Shown here: in pieces, positions 17,911 to 27,281 of the stretch | Layout: every line of letters starts with the position of its first letter | Numbering within the stretch: position 1 is the stretch's first letter | Source of the DNA: Candidatus Cloacimonadales bacterium | GTDB lineage: Bacteria > Cloacimonadota > Cloacimonadia > Cloacimonadales > TCS61 | NCBI GenBank assembly: GCA_046482725.1 | Contig: JAWOEN010000166.1 | Coordinates: 1-39,625 of the forward strand | Direction: 5' to 3' | DNA: 39,625 bases | Translations under genes and position numbers: made by a program | Notes under the pieces: model-generated | Told to the model about the DNA's origin: nothing | Database searches by the model: none | What the model saw: the letters and a program-made list of their open reading frames with translations, nothing else

Positions 17911-18951
17911 TTATTTCGTCCGAAATGTCTCGCTGATCAATTCCAATTCGATCAGAGCATCCAATTTGAAACCTTCGGGATAGTAGACACTGTTATCGAT
18001 CAGATAAGCCCGCTGCGTTTGCTCATCATAAAAGGCAAAGCTTTGAAAAGCGCCGCCAGCTGTGTATTTTTGGTTCATCCAAGTTCCATCAATTCTCCAG
18101 CCTGAATATCCGGCAATCTCATATTTTCGACTGCGCAAATTATCTTTCACATACTCATCTTCGTCGTAATATTCCCAGGCCAGTTCTGCTCTTTTCTCGA
18201 TTATCCACTCTTTATCAACAATATTTTCAGGCGCAGATTCTGAGTAGAGGCTGAGATAGCGATCCGGTTTATCGCGCAATCTGGCAAGATAGGAGACGAA
18301 ATTGTTCGGCTCATCTTTTTTGTAGGTTTGATATTTCAGCGGCAAGTCTATTTTCCAGGAAAAATCTGCAAAAGCTGAAGCTTGATGAATCTCTCCTGCG
18401 TATAATTGGCTGCGAAAGCGTTCTAAGAGTTTTGTGCGAAAAAGCTCAAAGGTTTCATTGAGATGCAGATAGTTTAGTTTCAGCAAATTATCAGCAGTAC
18501 TTCCCAGCAAAAAAAGCACATATTGATCGTTGGCCCAAAGATTTTCTACCGGGTAGATGCCAACCAGATTTTCTTCTACTTCCGCTTTGATACGTGCACT
18601 GATCACACTTTTGATATAACTATTTACCTTACTTTCCGACGATAAATCGCCCATAAAAATAAGGTTATTGTATTTGTAGAATTGTTCCAAATCGGCAAAG
18701 GGTACTCTTTTGATTTGGAAATATTTCTCATTTTCTGTGGTAAAATACTCTCTTTCCAAAGTTCGTCTCAGCTGGTTTTCTGCTCCTTGCCAAACTGCGT
18801 CATCGGCAAAAATATAGATCACATGCTTTTTACCCCAGGCCATCGGCTTGTGAGGATCTTTCTTCTTTTGTCCCTGAGGAGTAGGGCGGCCTTCGTCGCC
18901 ACAACCCAGCAATAACAAAACTGTAAATAAGATAATTATTAGCTTCTTCAT
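17911..18951 (-). CDS. Lipoprotein, DUF4837-like
   Basis: Lipobox LLG|C; NLWANDQY; C-terminal G-T-W..AGGAFQSFAFYD..K..LIELELI, recalled as typical of DUF4837. Confidence 0.7.
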   Translation of the reverse strand: MKKLIIILFTVLLLLGCGDEGRPTPQGQKKKDPHKPMAWGKKHVIYIFADDAVWQGAENQLRRTLEREYFTTENEKYFQIKRVPFADLEQFYKYNNLIFMGDLSSESKVNSYIKSVISARIKAEVEENLVGIYPVENLWANDQYVLFLLGSTADNLLKLNYLHLNETFELFRTKLLERFRSQLYAGEIHQASAFADFSWKIDLPLKYQTYKKDEPNNFVSYLARLRDKPDRYLSLYSESAPENIVDKEWIIEKRAELAWEYYDEDEYVKDNLRSRKYEIAGYSGWRIDGTWMNQKYTAGGAFQSFAFYDEQTQRAYLIDNSVYYPEGFKLDALIELELISETFRTK

Positions 18952-18957
18952 AATTGC

Positions 18958-19515
18958 CTACTTCTTCTTGCGTATAATATAATTCATTCCCGAATAGAGC
19001 GTGATAGCTGCTGTGATCCAAAAATATATCCGGATAAAAATCTGCACCCAACTCTGGGGCTGCCAACCAAAATATTGCAAGACGCTGGCATAAACTAGCA
19101 CGCCGACTAGACCCACCATCTGAAATACGGTTTTCACTTTTCCCCAATTATTGGCAGCAATATAGATACCCTTTTTGGCATAGTTATCACGCAAGATGGT
19201 GATGACAATTTCTCGCGCGACAATAATAATAATCACAGGTAAGGAGATATAACCCAAGGGGATATAAAGCGCCATTAGAGCTGCTATTACCAATAGTTTG
19301 TCGGCCAAGGGATCCATGATTTTGCCGAAATTACTGATCACATCAAATTTTCGGGCTAGCATGCCATCCAAATAATCTGTGATGCTGGCAACAATAAAAA
19401 TAGCTGTGATCCAAATAACAAAATTTTCCGGCTGACTGAAATAGGTGATCCAGAGAAACCAGGGCACCAAGATGATTCTTAGCATGGTGAGAATGTTGGG
19501 TATCTGTTTTTTCAT
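18958..19515 (-). CDS. pgsA: CDP-diacylglycerol--glycerol-3-phosphate 3-phosphatidyltransferase
   Basis: IPNILTMLR, TDYLDGMLAR..SNFGKIMDPLADK and GKVKTVFQM motifs. Confidence 0.95.
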   Translation of the reverse strand: MKKQIPNILTMLRIILVPWFLWITYFSQPENFVIWITAIFIVASITDYLDGMLARKFDVISNFGKIMDPLADKLLVIAALMALYIPLGYISLPVIIIIVAREIVITILRDNYAKKGIYIAANNWGKVKTVFQMVGLVGVLVYASVLQYFGWQPQSWVQIFIRIYFWITAAITLYSGMNYIIRKKK

Positions 19516-19521
19516 AATATT

Positions 19522-20301
19522 CTAAAATTTACTCCATAAAGCTGTTCGGGCGATCAAAGCAGCCAAAACCAGAGCACCCAGCTCGACTGCAAAAATATGA
19601 TAATCGATTTGATAAGAGATAGTTCCACGATACAAAAGAGCATAATATGTTGCGACAATCAAGGCGAGCGGTACCAGACATAAGATGAGAGAATCTTTGA
19701 TAAAACCCCAATTACGCTGACTGTGCTTTCCGCCGGCCGAACGATAGATCCGCCAAAATTCATCATGCTTCACCTCGAAATGAATGCGCATAAAGATGAT
19801 GATAAAAAGCAATAATGCCAAATACAAACCATTGGCCAAAAGATAATTTTCATTGATTTCGCTGAGCTCGGACTCTACTTTCTCCCATAATTCCTGATCA
19901 AAAGTAGCATTGATTTGCGGATAGTTGCTCGCCAAAAAATCTTCAAATTCTGCTTTTTCAGCAGATCGATAAACTCGTCCATCAAATTTGATCGTCATCA
20001 GGTTGGGCAAATTATACGAAACCAAAATATCCCTGACATTGCCCAGATCGTAATTTTCGATCAAAGTATTTGCCACGGTAGTATCTGATTCCACGATGAC
20101 TTTTTTGATGTAATAAACCTGAGCCAAATCTGCTTGCAACTGCTGCAGATTATCAAAATCTTCGGCATAAATTATCATCTGCGCCTGCGAGGCTGTTTCA
20201 AAAGATTGGGCCTGGATTATCTCATAACCAAAATGAATCAAATTCCAACCTAGCAGCAAAATCAGAGTGATCAAGATCTGAAAAATTATTCCTTTTTTCA
20301 T
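19522..20301 (-). CDS. Divergent FtsX-like permease
   Basis: Start moved to ATG 20301 (ATGA overlap with the ABC ATPase stop). TM1, large periplasmic domain with a YNLPN (NPLP-like) motif, then 3 TMs; IYRSAGG..GFIKDS resembles the FtsX coupling helix. Confidence 0.6.
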   Translation of the reverse strand: MKKGIIFQILITLILLLGWNLIHFGYEIIQAQSFETASQAQMIIYAEDFDNLQQLQADLAQVYYIKKVIVESDTTVANTLIENYDLGNVRDILVSYNLPNLMTIKFDGRVYRSAEKAEFEDFLASNYPQINATFDQELWEKVESELSEINENYLLANGLYLALLLFIIIFMRIHFEVKHDEFWRIYRSAGGKHSQRNWGFIKDSLILCLVPLALIVATYYALLYRGTISYQIDYHIFAVELGALVLAALIARTALWSKF

Positions 20302-20915
20302 AATTCCACCACAGTACCGGCTTGGATTTTCAAGACTTTGTCGCAATTTTCGATTTTATTTTGGGAGCTGATAATTAGGCTGGAGCCGCTATTGGTAACA
20401 AAATCACAAATTTTTAGAGCATTTGCCAGATTGACTGGATCAAAAAAACGATCCATATCATCAATCAGGACGATCGAGGGCAATTGGGCTACAGCTCTGA
20501 TAATTTCGATAAATTTCTGCTCGGAATATGAAACCATGCCGGCCTTTTGTTGCAATTGGCGATCAATACCGGCAAACATACAGAGCTCGGTAATTTTCAA
20601 TTTTAGGCGAGAGCTCAGCTTGGGAAAGGGTAAGACAATATTGCGCCAGACAGTTTCATCCAAGAGCAGATGCGATGTAGCCTCTACCAAAACTGTCTGC
20701 TTTCGCCTTTTATAAAAAATTGCCGGCTTTTCCTGAAGCAGAATCTCTCCCGTATAATTATAATATTCACCGTGAATCGTTTTGAAAAGTAGAGATTTCC
20801 CCGAGCGGTTATTGCCGATCAGGTTGACCATTTTGCCCTTCTCGATCTCCAACGAACCTATCGAGAGCAAATTATCTGTTTTTATATTTAAGAAAAAATC
20901 TGATATTTTTAGCAT
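20298..20915 (-). CDS. Degenerate ABC ATPase, FtsE-like
   Basis: Walker A GNNRSGKS. HLLLDETVWRNIVLP matches FtsE RLLxDxTVxENVALP. Signature, Walker B and H-loop are degenerate. Confidence 0.72.
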   Translation of the reverse strand: MLKISDFFLNIKTDNLLSIGSLEIEKGKMVNLIGNNRSGKSLLFKTIHGEYYNYTGEILLQEKPAIFYKRRKQTVLVEATSHLLLDETVWRNIVLPFPKLSSRLKLKITELCMFAGIDRQLQQKAGMVSYSEQKFIEIIRAVAQLPSIVLIDDMDRFFDPVNLANALKICDFVTNSGSSLIISSQNKIENCDKVLKIQAGTVVEL

Positions 20916-20916
20916 T

Positions 20917-21549
20917 TTATTCCTTTTTTGATTTCTCAGTACTATGCTGCAAGAGTACGATTATTTTATCCTGCTGCTTCAAGATTTTTCTTTCAGCGAT
21001 TATTAGGTCAACCTTTTTTGATTTTTCCATAATCTCACTCAATCGACTTTGCGGATAGATAAGCCAAGCTTTGCCGGTAGCAGCCAAATTGCGTCGGATA
21101 CAAGCCAGTACTTCCGCTAGATTGCACAGCAACTCATGGCGCGAGATAGCTCGAGCTTCCTGAGGACTTATCCGACCTTTGCCCCGAGCGAAATAAGGTG
21201 GATTGGCAAAGATAATTTCATATGGCTGGCTGGCGGAAAAAAGACGCAAATCAGCCTCAATAAATTGGCAGTCTAAGCCGCAAATTGCAGCATTTTTTTG
21301 GGACAATTCCACTAGCTCGGGTTGAATCTCCAAACCGGTTATCTGCCAATCTTTCCGAGCTGCAGCCAACATGATGGAAACTATACCATTGCCACTGCCC
21401 AATTCTAAAGCTTTGTTGCCGGCAGGATCAGCTGCCAAAACTGCCTCGTAGAGCAATTGTGAATCACTGCTGATTCCCAATCCTTTTTTTTGATAAATGG
21501 TTTTACCAAAAGGAAGCTTTACCGGATCAGCAATTTTATCCTGTCCCAT
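20917..21549 (-). CDS. SAM-dependent methyltransferase, tRNA1(Val) A37 N6-methyltransferase (TrmN6/YfiC)-like
   Basis: LELGSGNG, GLEIQ, NPPYF and AISRHE motifs. Confidence 0.85.
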   Translation of the reverse strand: MGQDKIADPVKLPFGKTIYQKKGLGISSDSQLLYEAVLAADPAGNKALELGSGNGIVSIMLAAARKDWQITGLEIQPELVELSQKNAAICGLDCQFIEADLRLFSASQPYEIIFANPPYFARGKGRISPQEARAISRHELLCNLAEVLACIRRNLAATGKAWLIYPQSRLSEIMEKSKKVDLIIAERKILKQQDKIIVLLQHSTEKSKKE

Positions 21550-21552
21550 AGC

Positions 21553-21990
21553 TCAATCTTGAGTAGAGCCAAATCCGCCTGCATCACGCTCTGTAGTATC
21601 CAGTTCTGCACAGAGCAAAAAGTCAGCAACTTCGTGACGAGAGATTATCATCTGAGCAATGCGCATACCGGGCTCTACCTGAAATGCTGCTTCTCCAAAA
21701 TTGAAGAGTAAGATTTTTATCTCTCCACGATAATCTGCATCGATCGTACCAGGCGAATTCAAGATGCCTATCTGCTGCTTGTAAGCCAGCCCGCTACGAG
21801 GTCGGATCTGAGCTTCCAAACCCTGCGGCAAACTGATTGCCAGGCCGGTGGGAATCATTGCCAGCTTGCCCGGCTCGAGCTTGATATTTTCTTTATTGGC
21901 AGCAAAAAGGTCATATCCGGCTGCGTGAGCTGTCATGCGTCGGGGTTCCCGAGCATTTTCTCGAGTTTTCATAAATTTTATCTTGATCAT
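21553..21990 (-). CDS. dut: dUTP diphosphatase
   Basis: AAGYDL, QIRPRSGLA, NSPGTIDADYRGEI, RIAQM and RDAGGFGST motifs. Start moved to ATG 21990 (AGGA). Confidence 0.97.
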   Translation of the reverse strand: MIKIKFMKTRENAREPRRMTAHAAGYDLFAANKENIKLEPGKLAMIPTGLAISLPQGLEAQIRPRSGLAYKQQIGILNSPGTIDADYRGEIKILLFNFGEAAFQVEPGMRIAQMIISRHEVADFLLCAELDTTERDAGGFGSTQD

Positions 21991-21999
21991 AATAATCCT

Positions 22000-22025
22000 A
22001 AAAAAAATGGGCTGCAAGAGCCCAT
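22000..22025 (-). terminator. Intra-operon terminator-like hairpin between ispA and dut
   Basis: Minus-strand ATGGGCT-cttgc-AGCCCAT followed by T7, abutting the dut RBS. Confidence 0.55.
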
Positions 22026-22051
22026 AAATATTTATTTTTTTATCTTTTCAT

Positions 22052-22948
22052 CTAAACTTTGCGGGTGATAATATACTCAGCCAGCAGTTGCAGCATTTTG
22101 GCTTTTTCTCCATAATGCTCCAATAGTGCTTGCGCCTCATCGATCAGCTGTTGTGCCATCTCACGAGATTTTTCCAAGCCGTAAAGTGCCGGGAAAGTAG
22201 CTTTCTGGACCTGACTATCTTTGCCGATAGTTTTTCCCATCAATTCAGCATCTCCTTCCACATCCAGGATATCGTCAATTATCTGGAAAGCCAGACCGAC
22301 TTTATTGCCAAATTTTTCCAATCTTTTGCGATCTTCTTTGGGAGCATCTGCCATGTAGCAGGCAAAGCGAATCGGCAAATTTATCAGGCGGGCGGTTTTG
22401 TTTTTGTGAATATATTCCAGAGTTTTTTTGGTTACTTTCTTTCCTTCGGATAAGATGTCGACCATTTGTCCACCGATGAGCCCAGTAGAGCCTGTTTCTT
22501 TGCTGAGCTCGGCGATCAGCTGAACTTTTAGTTTATCATCCAGCTCAGAGGAGTTGATCACATCGAAGGCATTTACCAAGAGAGCATCTCCGGCCAGCAG
22601 GGCGATATCGTCTCCATAGATCACGTGGCAAGCTTTGCGTCCGCGTCTGGTATCGTCATTATCGATGGCGGGAAGATCATCATGAATAAGTGTGTAAGTA
22701 TGCAAAATCTCCAAAGCTCCGGCAATCGGGTAAGTAACTTTCACATCATCTTTAAATAGCTTATAGACATTGATCATCAGATAAGAGCGCAATCTTTTAC
22801 CACCGGCAAAAAGAGTATGACGCATAGCTTTGTGAATCTGCTTGGGATACTCATCTTTGCGGGGCAAAAAGCGATCTATCTCAATATTAACCAATTCACG
22901 TTTCTCTTTCAGATCTTTTTTTAGTAGCTTGCGGTCGGAATTATTCAT
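22052..22948 (-). CDS. ispA: Polyprenyl (farnesyl/geranylgeranyl) diphosphate synthase
   Basis: GGKRLR, FARM LIHDDLPAIDNDDTRRG, GQMVD, KTA and SARM FQIIDDILD motifs; follows xseB. Confidence 0.93.
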   Translation of the reverse strand: MNNSDRKLLKKDLKEKRELVNIEIDRFLPRKDEYPKQIHKAMRHTLFAGGKRLRSYLMINVYKLFKDDVKVTYPIAGALEILHTYTLIHDDLPAIDNDDTRRGRKACHVIYGDDIALLAGDALLVNAFDVINSSELDDKLKVQLIAELSKETGSTGLIGGQMVDILSEGKKVTKKTLEYIHKNKTARLINLPIRFACYMADAPKEDRKRLEKFGNKVGLAFQIIDDILDVEGDAELMGKTIGKDSQVQKATFPALYGLEKSREMAQQLIDEAQALLEHYGEKAKMLQLLAEYIITRKV

Positions 22949-22967
22949 TTTACCTCGATCAAATTGT

Positions 22968-23168
22968 TTATTTTTTCTCTACTTTTTGGGAAAGTATCTC
23001 GATTTTATTTTCTACATCTGCCAATTTTTTACTACAGAGTTTGGCTGCTTGCGAGCCAGCTTCAAAGAGGCTAACCACATTTTCCAATTCATCTACGCCA
23101 TTCTCCAGAGTCTCTACAATCTCTTCCAATTTTTCTAAAGCCTGCTCGAAACTTAGCTCTTTTTTCAT
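22968..23168 (-). CDS. xseB: Exodeoxyribonuclease VII small subunit
   Basis: SFEQALEKLEEIVETLENG..L..F..G..C..L pattern; classic xseB-ispA order. Confidence 0.93.
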   Translation of the reverse strand: MKKELSFEQALEKLEEIVETLENGVDELENVVSLFEAGSQAAKLCSKKLADVENKIEILSQKVEKK

Positions 23169-23190
23169 CTAATTTACCTGCTTTGCCAGA

Positions 23191-24126
23191 TTATCTACTC
23201 ACAACAATATCTTGCTGCAATTTGTTCAAATATTTCGCCGGGTTTCTGGTTTTATTATAACGTAAAACTTCATAATGCACGTGCGCCCCGGTAGATCTAC
23301 CAGTATTGCCCATCTCACCGATTATTTGTCCGCGCCTTACTTTCTCGCCTACTTTCACCAAAATCTTATCCAGATGCCCATACTTTGTTTTATAGCCAAA
23401 TTCATGAGAGATCTGAATATATTTTCCCATCAGCTTGGTTCTGGTAGCTTTACTTACCACTCCATCTGCCGTGGCATATATAGCTGTACCGCGCAAATTA
23501 CTGAGGTCTAAGCCGCGATGAAAAGTTCGCTGTTTGGTGATGGGATGAGTGCGCCAGCCATAATGCTCGGAAATCCTACCAAAAGTAGGATAGATAGAAG
23601 GTGTATTGCGATAGAGTAATTCTTGCAACGCTATTTGCTCGCTTAGTTCCTGCCAAGACTCATAATCAAAATCCAGTTTGGCGTCCAGAATAGTAAGATT
23701 GTGCAACAGACTGTTATAATGATTACTAAAATCCTGACCCAAATTTATAAAAGTAGAATCGTAAACCGGTCTACCACCAATACCCATCTCCCGAATTTCT
23801 TTATTCACCTGTTTGAAGTTTTTATCTTTTCTGATTTTATCTTCCCACTCTTCCATCTGCTGAAGCTTAATCAGGATAGAATCTATCTGATTGGAAAGTG
23901 TGAAAATATGTTCTTTTAGCTTGGCATTCTCTTCTAAGATTTGATCTGCCTCAGCAATACGCACTTGATTGTAGCCGATATAGACGGCTGCCAAAATAGC
24001 CAGAAGAAGTAGGGCTGATATGCTGGCAATGATAAGCATGCCGCTTTTTTGCGATAGGCTGATGCTTTTACTTTTAGCAGCACCGGTTGCCGAAAAGGCA
24101 ATATGCCATCTCTTTTTAATAGCCAT
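23191..24126 (-). CDS. M23 family metallopeptidase (TM, coiled coil, LytM domain)
   Basis: Zinc ligands intact: HRGLD (HxxxD) and HVH (HxH); YATADG, YGHL and GNTGRSTG motifs. Confidence 0.93.
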   Translation of the reverse strand: MAIKKRWHIAFSATGAAKSKSISLSQKSGMLIIASISALLLLAILAAVYIGYNQVRIAEADQILEENAKLKEHIFTLSNQIDSILIKLQQMEEWEDKIRKDKNFKQVNKEIREMGIGGRPVYDSTFINLGQDFSNHYNSLLHNLTILDAKLDFDYESWQELSEQIALQELLYRNTPSIYPTFGRISEHYGWRTHPITKQRTFHRGLDLSNLRGTAIYATADGVVSKATRTKLMGKYIQISHEFGYKTKYGHLDKILVKVGEKVRRGQIIGEMGNTGRSTGAHVHYEVLRYNKTRNPAKYLNKLQQDIVVSR

Positions 24127-24334
24127 AATTCTCCTTATATTTTTTTTTTATTCAAATCATGATTGTACTCACTTTGTGTCAAGAGATTTTGCGTTAAGAG
24201 CGCTATACACAAACAAGTAGTCATTTCAGCTTTTCAGATAAATTGCTTGACCTTTAAGCTTTTCAAAATCAAAAGATTATCCTAAATTTTAATGAAAAAT
24301 AGCTAAATAAAATAAAAACTTATCGGAGGAAAGA

Positions 24335-25231
24335 ATGGTAAAAAATTTTGATGAATTGGTAGAAAGAGTAAAAGATATCCCCAATAAAACCGTTGTGATA
24401 GCTGCAGCTCACACACCTTCAGCTTTGGGCGCTGCTATTTTGGCGCAACAAAATCAGCTGGCGGATTGCCTGCTGGTTGGCAACCGCGAAAAGATCTTGG
24501 AATATCTGAAACAAGAAGCACCTGAGCTAAACGACGCCTTTGAAATCGTCGATACTGGAGATGATCTGAAAGCCGCTGCTGTAAAAGCTGTGGAACTAAT
24601 TAGAGAAGGGCGCGGCGATCTGATTCTGAAAGGAAAATGCGATACTGGAACACTGCTGAAAGCTGTCTTGGATAAAACTTGCGGCTTACGAACCGGCAAT
24701 ACGATGAGTGATGTGCTGGCTTACGAAACTCCTGAGCGTATTATCTTGATGGGCGATGGCGGATTTTTACCTCTTCCCACTTTATCAGAAAAAGTATCGA
24801 TCATCAATAATTGTGTAAAAGTAGCTCATGGCTTGGGAAATAGTTTGCCCAAAGTTGCTCTGCTTACTCATTCCGAAGCTGTTAATATCAAGGTGCAATC
24901 TACTGTAGATGCCGGTATCATTGCCAAGATGAATCAGCGCGGCCAAATCAAAGGCTGCCTGGTAGATGGTCCTTTGGCTTTTGATAATGCTATCAGCCCA
25001 GAAGCTGCTGAGCTGAAAGGGATAAAATCTGAAGTGGCAGGCCTAGCTGATGTGCTGGTAGTTCCCAATATTGAAGCGGGAAACATTTTCGGCAAAGTGC
25101 TGACCTATTACTGCAAATATCGAGTTGCCCATGTGGTGATGGGAGCTCGGGTTCCCATCCTGATCGCCTCTCGCGCTGATAATGCCGAAACAAAATTTCT
25201 CTCGATGGCAATGGGAATTCTCAGCGCCTAG
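24335..25231 (+). CDS. ptb: Phosphate butyryltransferase (PTA/PTB family)
   Basis: LKG..TGTLLKAVL, DGPLAFDNAIS, VPNIEAGN and ILIASRAD motifs. GGAGG RBS. Confidence 0.88.
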   Translation: MVKNFDELVERVKDIPNKTVVIAAAHTPSALGAAILAQQNQLADCLLVGNREKILEYLKQEAPELNDAFEIVDTGDDLKAAAVKAVELIREGRGDLILKGKCDTGTLLKAVLDKTCGLRTGNTMSDVLAYETPERIILMGDGGFLPLPTLSEKVSIINNCVKVAHGLGNSLPKVALLTHSEAVNIKVQSTVDAGIIAKMNQRGQIKGCLVDGPLAFDNAISPEAAELKGIKSEVAGLADVLVVPNIEAGNIFGKVLTYYCKYRVAHVVMGARVPILIASRADNAETKFLSMAMGILSA

Positions 25232-25246
25232 CTACCAGCAAGATCT

Positions 25247-25283
25247 TGTTACAAGAGCTAAAACAGCTCTTGTAACATTTTTT
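25247..25283 (+). terminator. Intrinsic terminator after ptb
   Basis: TGTTACAAGAGCT-aaaac-AGCTCTTGTAACA followed by T6. Confidence 0.85.
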
Positions 25284-25320
25284 GCCAAACTGGCAGCTTT
25301 AGTAATATGAAGGAATCGTT

Positions 25321-25788
25321 ATGAATTTCAAAATAATCTGTTTGGGCAAAACCAAGCAGAGCTTTATCAAACAAGGTATAGCCGAATATCAAAAGCGTAT
25401 TGGTCGCTTTGGAAAACTTAGCTGGAAGATCTTACCTGATATCAAGCTCACCGCCTCCAATAACATAGCTCAGGTAAAAGCTCAAGAAGCTGAGATTATC
25501 TTGAAAAACCTCAACCCTCGCGATTTTCTGATTGCTCTGGATGAAAAGGGAGAACAATTTAGTTCGCCAGCCCTAGCAGCCAAATTCCAAAAAATCTCAG
25601 TCGGCGGCAAAAGCCCTGTTTTGGTGATCGGAGGAGTTTACGGTCTCGATAAAAGCATCTGCCAAAAGGCAGATTTGCTCCTAAGTTTTTCTCAGCTCAC
25701 CTTCACACATCAAATGATTCGGCTACTGGTAGCCGAACAAATATATCGAGCGCTTACCATTATCAAGAATAAAAAATATCACTACTAA
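25321..25788 (+). CDS. rlmH: 23S rRNA (pseudouridine1915-N3)-methyltransferase
   Basis: ALDEKG, IGGVYGL, LTFTHQMIRLLVAEQIYRA and C-terminal YH motifs. Confidence 0.96.
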   Translation: MNFKIICLGKTKQSFIKQGIAEYQKRIGRFGKLSWKILPDIKLTASNNIAQVKAQEAEIILKNLNPRDFLIALDEKGEQFSSPALAAKFQKISVGGKSPVLVIGGVYGLDKSICQKADLLLSFSQLTFTHQMIRLLVAEQIYRALTIIKNKKYHY

Positions 25789-25801
25789 AAAGGATATAAT
25801 T

Positions 25802-26197
25802 ATGGATAACAAAAAACTGATGCAAGCAGCCAAAGCAGCTGCCCAAAATGCTTATGCTCCATATTCCAAATTCAAGCTGGGAGCAGCCCTGCTCACAAAA
25901 TCAGGCAAAGTATTCACCGGTGTAAATGTGGAAAATTCTTCCTACGGACTTACCAATTGTGCAGAGCGAACGGCGATATTCAAAGCAGTTTCAGAAGGGG
26001 AAAAAGAGTTTGAAAAAATGGCAATTTATGTCAATTCAGATAAGCTTTTCACTCCTTGTGGAGCTTGCCGACAAGTGATTTCTGAATTTTCTGACAAGCT
26101 AGAGATAATCATCTTTTCCGACAAAGAAAGCTTGGAAACAGATATCAGTGAACTGCTGCCTATGAGTTTTAAATTATCAGCAAGCAGCAATAAATAA
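25802..26197 (+). CDS. cdd: Cytidine deaminase (homotetrameric type)
   Basis: AYAPYSKF, NVENSSYG, CAERTA, PCGACRQ and LLP motifs. Confidence 0.96.
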   Translation: MDNKKLMQAAKAAAQNAYAPYSKFKLGAALLTKSGKVFTGVNVENSSYGLTNCAERTAIFKAVSEGEKEFEKMAIYVNSDKLFTPCGACRQVISEFSDKLEIIIFSDKESLETDISELLPMSFKLSASSNK

Positions 26198-26284
26198 AGT
26201 TGTTTTAATTCCTACAAGAAATAATTGTTGGCGTCAAATAAACTTATTTATATATTATAGGTAAATTTTTATGGAGAGTGAATT

Positions 26285-27208
26285 ATGAATGATAATTATG
26301 ACATAGCCATCATTGGAGCCGGACCAGCCGGCTTATCGGCAGCTGTCTATGCTGCTCGAGGCGGACTTGAGACCATTGTATTGGAAAAAATGCTGGCAGG
26401 TGGACAAATTACGGTCACAGATGAAGTAGAGAACTATTCTGGGATCAATGAAAACTTGAATGGATTTGAGCTGGCTGATCGTTTCAAAGCGCAAGCTGAA
26501 AAGTTTGGCGTTACCATCAAGACTGCTGATGTGCAGAAGGTGCAAGCAGCAGGCAAACTGAAAGAGGTGGTAACCGATGACGAGACATATTCGGTGAAAG
26601 CTGTGATTATAGCTACCGGAGCTCAGCCGCGTAAACTGGATGCGCCCGGTGAACAAAATTTTACAGGCAAGGGAGTTTCTTATTGTGCTACTTGCGATGG
26701 TCCGCTTTACAGAAATCAGACTGTAGCTGTAATTGGTGGTGGTGATTCGGCAGTGGAAGAAGCTTTGTTTCTAACCAAGTTTGCCAAAAAGGTTTATCTG
26801 ATTCATCGTCGGGACAAATTGAGAGCTGTCAAGATCGTGCAAGATCGTGCCTTTGCCAATGACAAAATCGAGATCATTTGGGACACAGTGGTCGATGAGA
26901 TCAAGGGTAGCCAAATGGTAGAAGAGCTGCAATTAACCAATCGTAAGACCAAAGAGAGCAGTACGCTTCCGGTTACCGGAGTTTTTATTTTTGTTGGATA
27001 TCTTCCCAATAATGAATTGGTCAAAGATTTTGCTGAGTTGGATGCAATTGGTTTTGTGAAAACAAACAATAAGATGGAGACCAAAGTCAGTGGCATCTAT
27101 TCAGCCGGAGACTTGAATCATAAGATTTTGCGTCAGGTAGTTACCTCGGCTGCAGACGGTGCGATTGCAGCTTTTGCAGCTGAAAAATGGATCGAGGAAA
27201 CCTTCTAA
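26285..27208 (+). CDS. trxB: Thioredoxin-disulfide reductase
   Basis: [33 protein letters not shown] and AGD..RQVVTS motifs. Confidence 0.96.
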   Translation: MNDNYDIAIIGAGPAGLSAAVYAARGGLETIVLEKMLAGGQITVTDEVENYSGINENLNGFELADRFKAQAEKFGVTIKTADVQKVQAAGKLKEVVTDDETYSVKAVIIATGAQPRKLDAPGEQNFTGKGVSYCATCDGPLYRNQTVAVIGGGDSAVEEALFLTKFAKKVYLIHRRDKLRAVKIVQDRAFANDKIEIIWDTVVDEIKGSQMVEELQLTNRKTKESSTLPVTGVFIFVGYLPNNELVKDFAELDAIGFVKTNNKMETKVSGIYSAGDLNHKILRQVVTSAADGAIAAFAAEKWIEETF

Positions 27209-27234
27209 GCAGAGCAGGTTGATGGCAGCATAAT

Positions 27235-27267
27235 AACAAAGGTGGCTCAATTGAGCCACCTTTGTTT
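27235..27267. terminator. Perfect 32-bp palindrome, likely a bidirectional terminator between trxB and the mre operon
   Basis: AACAAAGGTGGCTCAATTGAGCCACCTTTGTT lies between convergent stop codons. Confidence 0.8.
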
Positions 27268-27281
27268 CGCGAATTAATATT

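Noticed and set aside
25760-25802. 3' end of rlmH as an integration site, as for SCC elements
   Set aside because: cdd follows after 13 nt; no direct repeat, recombinase or foreign DNA.
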